Assembly (NCBI GenBank): GCA_027013165.1
Contig: JALUXV010000217.1
Span: 1,845-65,844 of the forward strand
Direction: 5' to 3'
Length of the DNA: 64,000 nucleotides
Source: Alteromonadaceae bacterium
GTDB lineage: Bacteria > Pseudomonadota > Gammaproteobacteria > Enterobacterales > Alteromonadaceae
Shown one piece after another: positions 60,995 through 64,000 of this stretch. The position numbers and the translations under genes are program-made. The notes under the pieces were generated by a model, which saw only the letters and a list, made by a program, of their open reading frames with translations, was not told the DNA's origin and ran no database searches. Positions within the stretch are counted from its first letter, which is position 1. Every line of letters begins with the position of its first letter.

Positions 60995-63646
60995 TTAGAA
61001 ATCGTATTTAAACGAAACCCTAAAACTTGTACCTCGTGTTTCAGACCTTAACAACGTGTCTTCGAAAGAAATTTCTCTATCTTCACCAAGTACATTCTGT
61101 ACTCTAAATGTGACAGTGCTATTAAAGTCAGGATAGTACTTGTAGACCACGTCGAGTGAGTGGAATGGCTGCTCAAAGCTGTCATCGAATCCGTCGATAC
61201 CAGCAATAAGAATACGCTCACCAAATACGTTATACACAACAGAAGCTGAGTGTTCACCGTTGTCTGAGTCAAAGCCCAACTGCAAGTTTAATACGTATTC
61301 CGAGTGACCTGTCATACGGCGTACTTCATTCGTGATTGCCGCAGAAACCCCGGTTTGTTCAACAATGTTCTGACGGTCTAACACGATTTCAGAATCACTG
61401 ATTGTGACGTTACCTGTAACAAACAAGTTATCCCAGATACCCGTACCAATGAACTCTAAACCCTGAAGGAATTCAACTTCCACACCGTACACTTCACCAG
61501 ATTCAGCATTAGCAATACGGATAAGTGGAGGACCATCCTGTGCAGGAGACTGAACAGATTCAATAGGGTTTTCCATATCTTTGTAGAACAAACCTACAGA
61601 GACATTGTTACCCGCTTCACGATACCATTCCCAACGAACATCATAGTTAAGGATATCTGTGGTTAAAACCCCAGGTGTACCTGCAATTGGGAAATTGGTG
61701 AGTGGGTCAAGGTAAGTCGCCGCAGACACTTCACGAAGGTCTGGACGCACTACGGTTTGGCCAACACTCGCACGAAGCTGCATGTCATCTTCAAGGAAGT
61801 AAGTTACCGCTAGCGCAGGGTAGAAAGCATCTTCTTGGAACGCCAATTGTGAACGGTCATCTTCGTCGCTTAAATCAAACTGATTAGTACGAGGATCAAG
61901 TGGAGCAACCACCTGACGGAAGTCTTCCCAGCGCACACCACCCGTGAAACGCCACTTGTTGTCGTAGAAGAAATCAGCTTCAAAATAGTAAGCATCTATC
62001 TTTTGACCAGCAACGTAATCATCACCTGCAATGGTTGTATCGCGAATAAGCGGACGACTCGACAAGCTGATTGTATCAAGTACCGAATCACTAAAGATTT
62101 CACCGAAATCGCTGCCTGCAAGAATAGAGCGATCTTCAACACCCAAGGTATTAATGTCGAAACGGCGGTTTTCCGCAGTACGTGTTTTAGTTACAAAACT
62201 CGCGCCTACTTTGAATTCCGTTTCCCATTTACCAAACATAGTTGGGTAGGTTACGTTATAACCAAAGTTCTCTAAGCGATCGTGTAGATTTTGGAAGGTA
62301 TAACGAGCCGCAGTTTGCGCATCCGCTAAACCCATTTCCGTATCTAGGTCGAAAATACCGTCTTCATTCGCGTCTTGAATAACAAAGCGCGTATTAAAGT
62401 TACCTGGTGCATTACGCACTGAACGGCCCAGTGAGTATGTCCAATCAACTCCCATAAAATTGAGCTCTGGGAAGGTATGCATACCTTTAATCTGATTGGT
62501 GTACAAAGTACGTTCTTCGTATTGCACGTCGATATCACGGATACGAAGACCTTCAGCAATACTCAAGTTCTCGGTATTACCGAACATTTCGCGAACTTCA
62601 TCACGGGTGTCGTTCAACGCAATGATACTGTAGTCAACGCGGTGGTTACGGTTGTAATCCACACCCATAGTCAACAAGGTTGACCATGTCACAGTTTTTT
62701 CCGTGCCGCGAATATCATCGAAGAAGCGAACATTTACAATGCTATCGCCCACTAAGTCTGGGTCTTGTAGCTCGTATTCTTCACTCGCACGGGTCTGCGT
62801 AGAATAGCGAGATGTCAAAAGGAAACCAAAACGCCAGTCATCGTCGTAATCGTAACTGTCTCCGAAAGCGACGTTAAAACGCATATCAGGATCAGCACTT
62901 TCTTCAAACGTACCATAGTCACGTTTGATACCTTTAAACAACTCAAGTGCGTCCGTAGGCTCTAGGTCATCCAAAAAGTTTTTGCTGTCCCAACGCTCTT
63001 GGATTTCTGCAGATACCGCACGATTGCCGTCATCTTCACCAAACCAATCACGATCGCCACCTTCATAAGCGATGACATCGCCAGTGGTTTCAGAATCAAT
63101 ACCCAGTGCAGCAGAGACATTGAAAACTCTCTGAGTTGGAATAGATTTCAAGCGAATATCAACGTTACCACCACCGAATGCCGCAGGCATAGAAGGTGAA
63201 TATGACTTCTGGACCGCAAGGCTCTCAATGATACTTGCAGGGAATAAGTCTAACGGGATTACGTTACGGGTTGGATCCGGGCTAGGTACAATTGCGCCGT
63301 TAAGCTGAGTTGATGAATAACGTTCACCCAGACCACGTACGTAAATGAATCGACCATCTACAAGAGTCAAACCTGTTACACGGCGCAATGCGCCCGCTGC
63401 ATCACTATCACCTGTGCGGGAAATCTGTTCCGCGCCCATAATGTCAGCAACAAACGCTTGATTTTTACGTTCTTCCATAACGGCCGTAGCTGTACCCTTT
63501 AATCGAGTACCTGTTGCTACCACTTCTTCTATCACATTGTCTTCGTCAGACTCTTGTGCATAACCAGTGGCGGCTGGAAGCATCATGCCCATAGCAACGG
63601 CTAAAGTGATGGGTTTTAGAAGAAACCTGTCAGCAGGTCTGTTCAT
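60995..63646 (-). CDS. TonB-dependent receptor
   Basis: Signal peptide, IEEVVATG TonB box, plug GDSDAAGALRRVTG...YVRGLGERY...IPLDLFP, terminal KYDF; start ATG 63646 after GAGG. Confidence 0.94.
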   Translation of the reverse strand: MNRPADRFLLKPITLAVAMGMMLPAATGYAQESDEDNVIEEVVATGTRLKGTATAVMEERKNQAFVADIMGAEQISRTGDSDAAGALRRVTGLTLVDGRFIYVRGLGERYSSTQLNGAIVPSPDPTRNVIPLDLFPASIIESLAVQKSYSPSMPAAFGGGNVDIRLKSIPTQRVFNVSAALGIDSETTGDVIAYEGGDRDWFGEDDGNRAVSAEIQERWDSKNFLDDLEPTDALELFKGIKRDYGTFEESADPDMRFNVAFGDSYDYDDDWRFGFLLTSRYSTQTRASEEYELQDPDLVGDSIVNVRFFDDIRGTEKTVTWSTLLTMGVDYNRNHRVDYSIIALNDTRDEVREMFGNTENLSIAEGLRIRDIDVQYEERTLYTNQIKGMHTFPELNFMGVDWTYSLGRSVRNAPGNFNTRFVIQDANEDGIFDLDTEMGLADAQTAARYTFQNLHDRLENFGYNVTYPTMFGKWETEFKVGASFVTKTRTAENRRFDINTLGVEDRSILAGSDFGEIFSDSVLDTISLSSRPLIRDTTIAGDDYVAGQKIDAYYFEADFFYDNKWRFTGGVRWEDFRQVVAPLDPRTNQFDLSDEDDRSQLAFQEDAFYPALAVTYFLEDDMQLRASVGQTVVRPDLREVSAATYLDPLTNFPIAGTPGVLTTDILNYDVRWEWYREAGNNVSVGLFYKDMENPIESVQSPAQDGPPLIRIANAESGEVYGVEVEFLQGLEFIGTGIWDNLFVTGNVTISDSEIVLDRQNIVEQTGVSAAITNEVRRMTGHSEYVLNLQLGFDSDNGEHSASVVYNVFGERILIAGIDGFDDSFEQPFHSLDVVYKYYPDFNSTVTFRVQNVLGEDREISFEDTLLRSETRGTSFRVSFKYDF

Positions 63647-63766
63647 AATTAACCTCTTTGAAAGCGAATTTCTCTCACGATTAAAAAACCGTGTATTACA
63701 AACTTGAAAGCAAGTACGCCACTCGCGCAACGTACTTGCTTAATCGCAGGTTAGAAGTGCGGGGTC

Positions 63767-64000
63767 TTACTCAAGACCAACTGTCCAGCCAGCTGTCCAG
63801 TCGTTATCTGCATCTTTAACCGCACCTATAAAGTCAACTGACATAAAGAAGCTGTCGATAGCTGATACATCGGTCGGTGCTGTAGCGTCTACTGTGTAGA
63901 TACCGTCTAGTACTGTTGCAGTATTATCTAACAAACTGTTACCCGTTTGCGCTGTGAACCATGCTTCTTGGTTGAAGTCACCAGAGTCTTTGATGTTCTC
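63767..64000 (-). CDS. 3' end of a probable surface/extracellular (lipo)protein upstream of the receptor (truncated at window edge)
   Basis: Manual translation: ...ENIKDSGDFNQEAWFTAQTGNSLLDNTATVLDGIYTVDATAPTDVSAIDSFFMSVDFIGAVKDADNDWTAGWTVGLE*, open for 78 codons including the stop; absent from the ORF track. Confidence 0.75.
   Translation of the reverse strand, partial: ENIKDSGDFNQEAWFTAQTGNSLLDNTATVLDGIYTVDATAPTDVSAIDSFFMSVDFIGAVKDADNDWTAGWTVGLE

Overview
A 64-kb, gene-dense, mostly core-chromosome window from a marine gammaproteobacterium. Protein styles and gene content suggest Alteromonas/Alteromonadaceae (inference). Left part: yebC (partial), zapE, zapG-degQ-degS, murA-ibaG-mlaBCDEF, and yrbG-kdsDC-lptCAB-rpoN-hpf-ptsN-rapZ-npr-mgtE. 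Then a 16-kb minus-strand run: djlA-xerD-dsbC-recJ-ORF92-recO-pdxJ-acpS-rlmD-relA-mazG-rplM-rpsI-petABC-sspAB. Next come lptD-surA-pdxA-rsmA-apaG-apaH, a chemoreceptor, lysC, a DUF192 gene, acnB and a fadD-like ligase. The right end is more accessory-like: a TPR-GGDEF protein, an orphan TonB-dependent receptor, a TtpC-type TonB operon, a second receptor and the 3' end of a probable surface protein gene. I saw no rRNA, tRNA, CRISPR array, IS, integrase or prophage genes. The most interesting signals are regulatory and contextual. (1) A canonically positioned Pho box precedes the TtpC-TonB operon, downstream of a surface protein/receptor pair, suggesting a phosphate-starvation outer-membrane uptake system. 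(2) A strong Zur box precedes a siderophore-type receptor that has no biosynthetic genes nearby. (3) An uncharacterised, OB-fold-like 92-aa gene is translationally coupled between recJ and recO. (4) Several ancestral gene blocks are permuted or truncated. All calls are by eye from motifs and recalled family knowledge; no searches were run.
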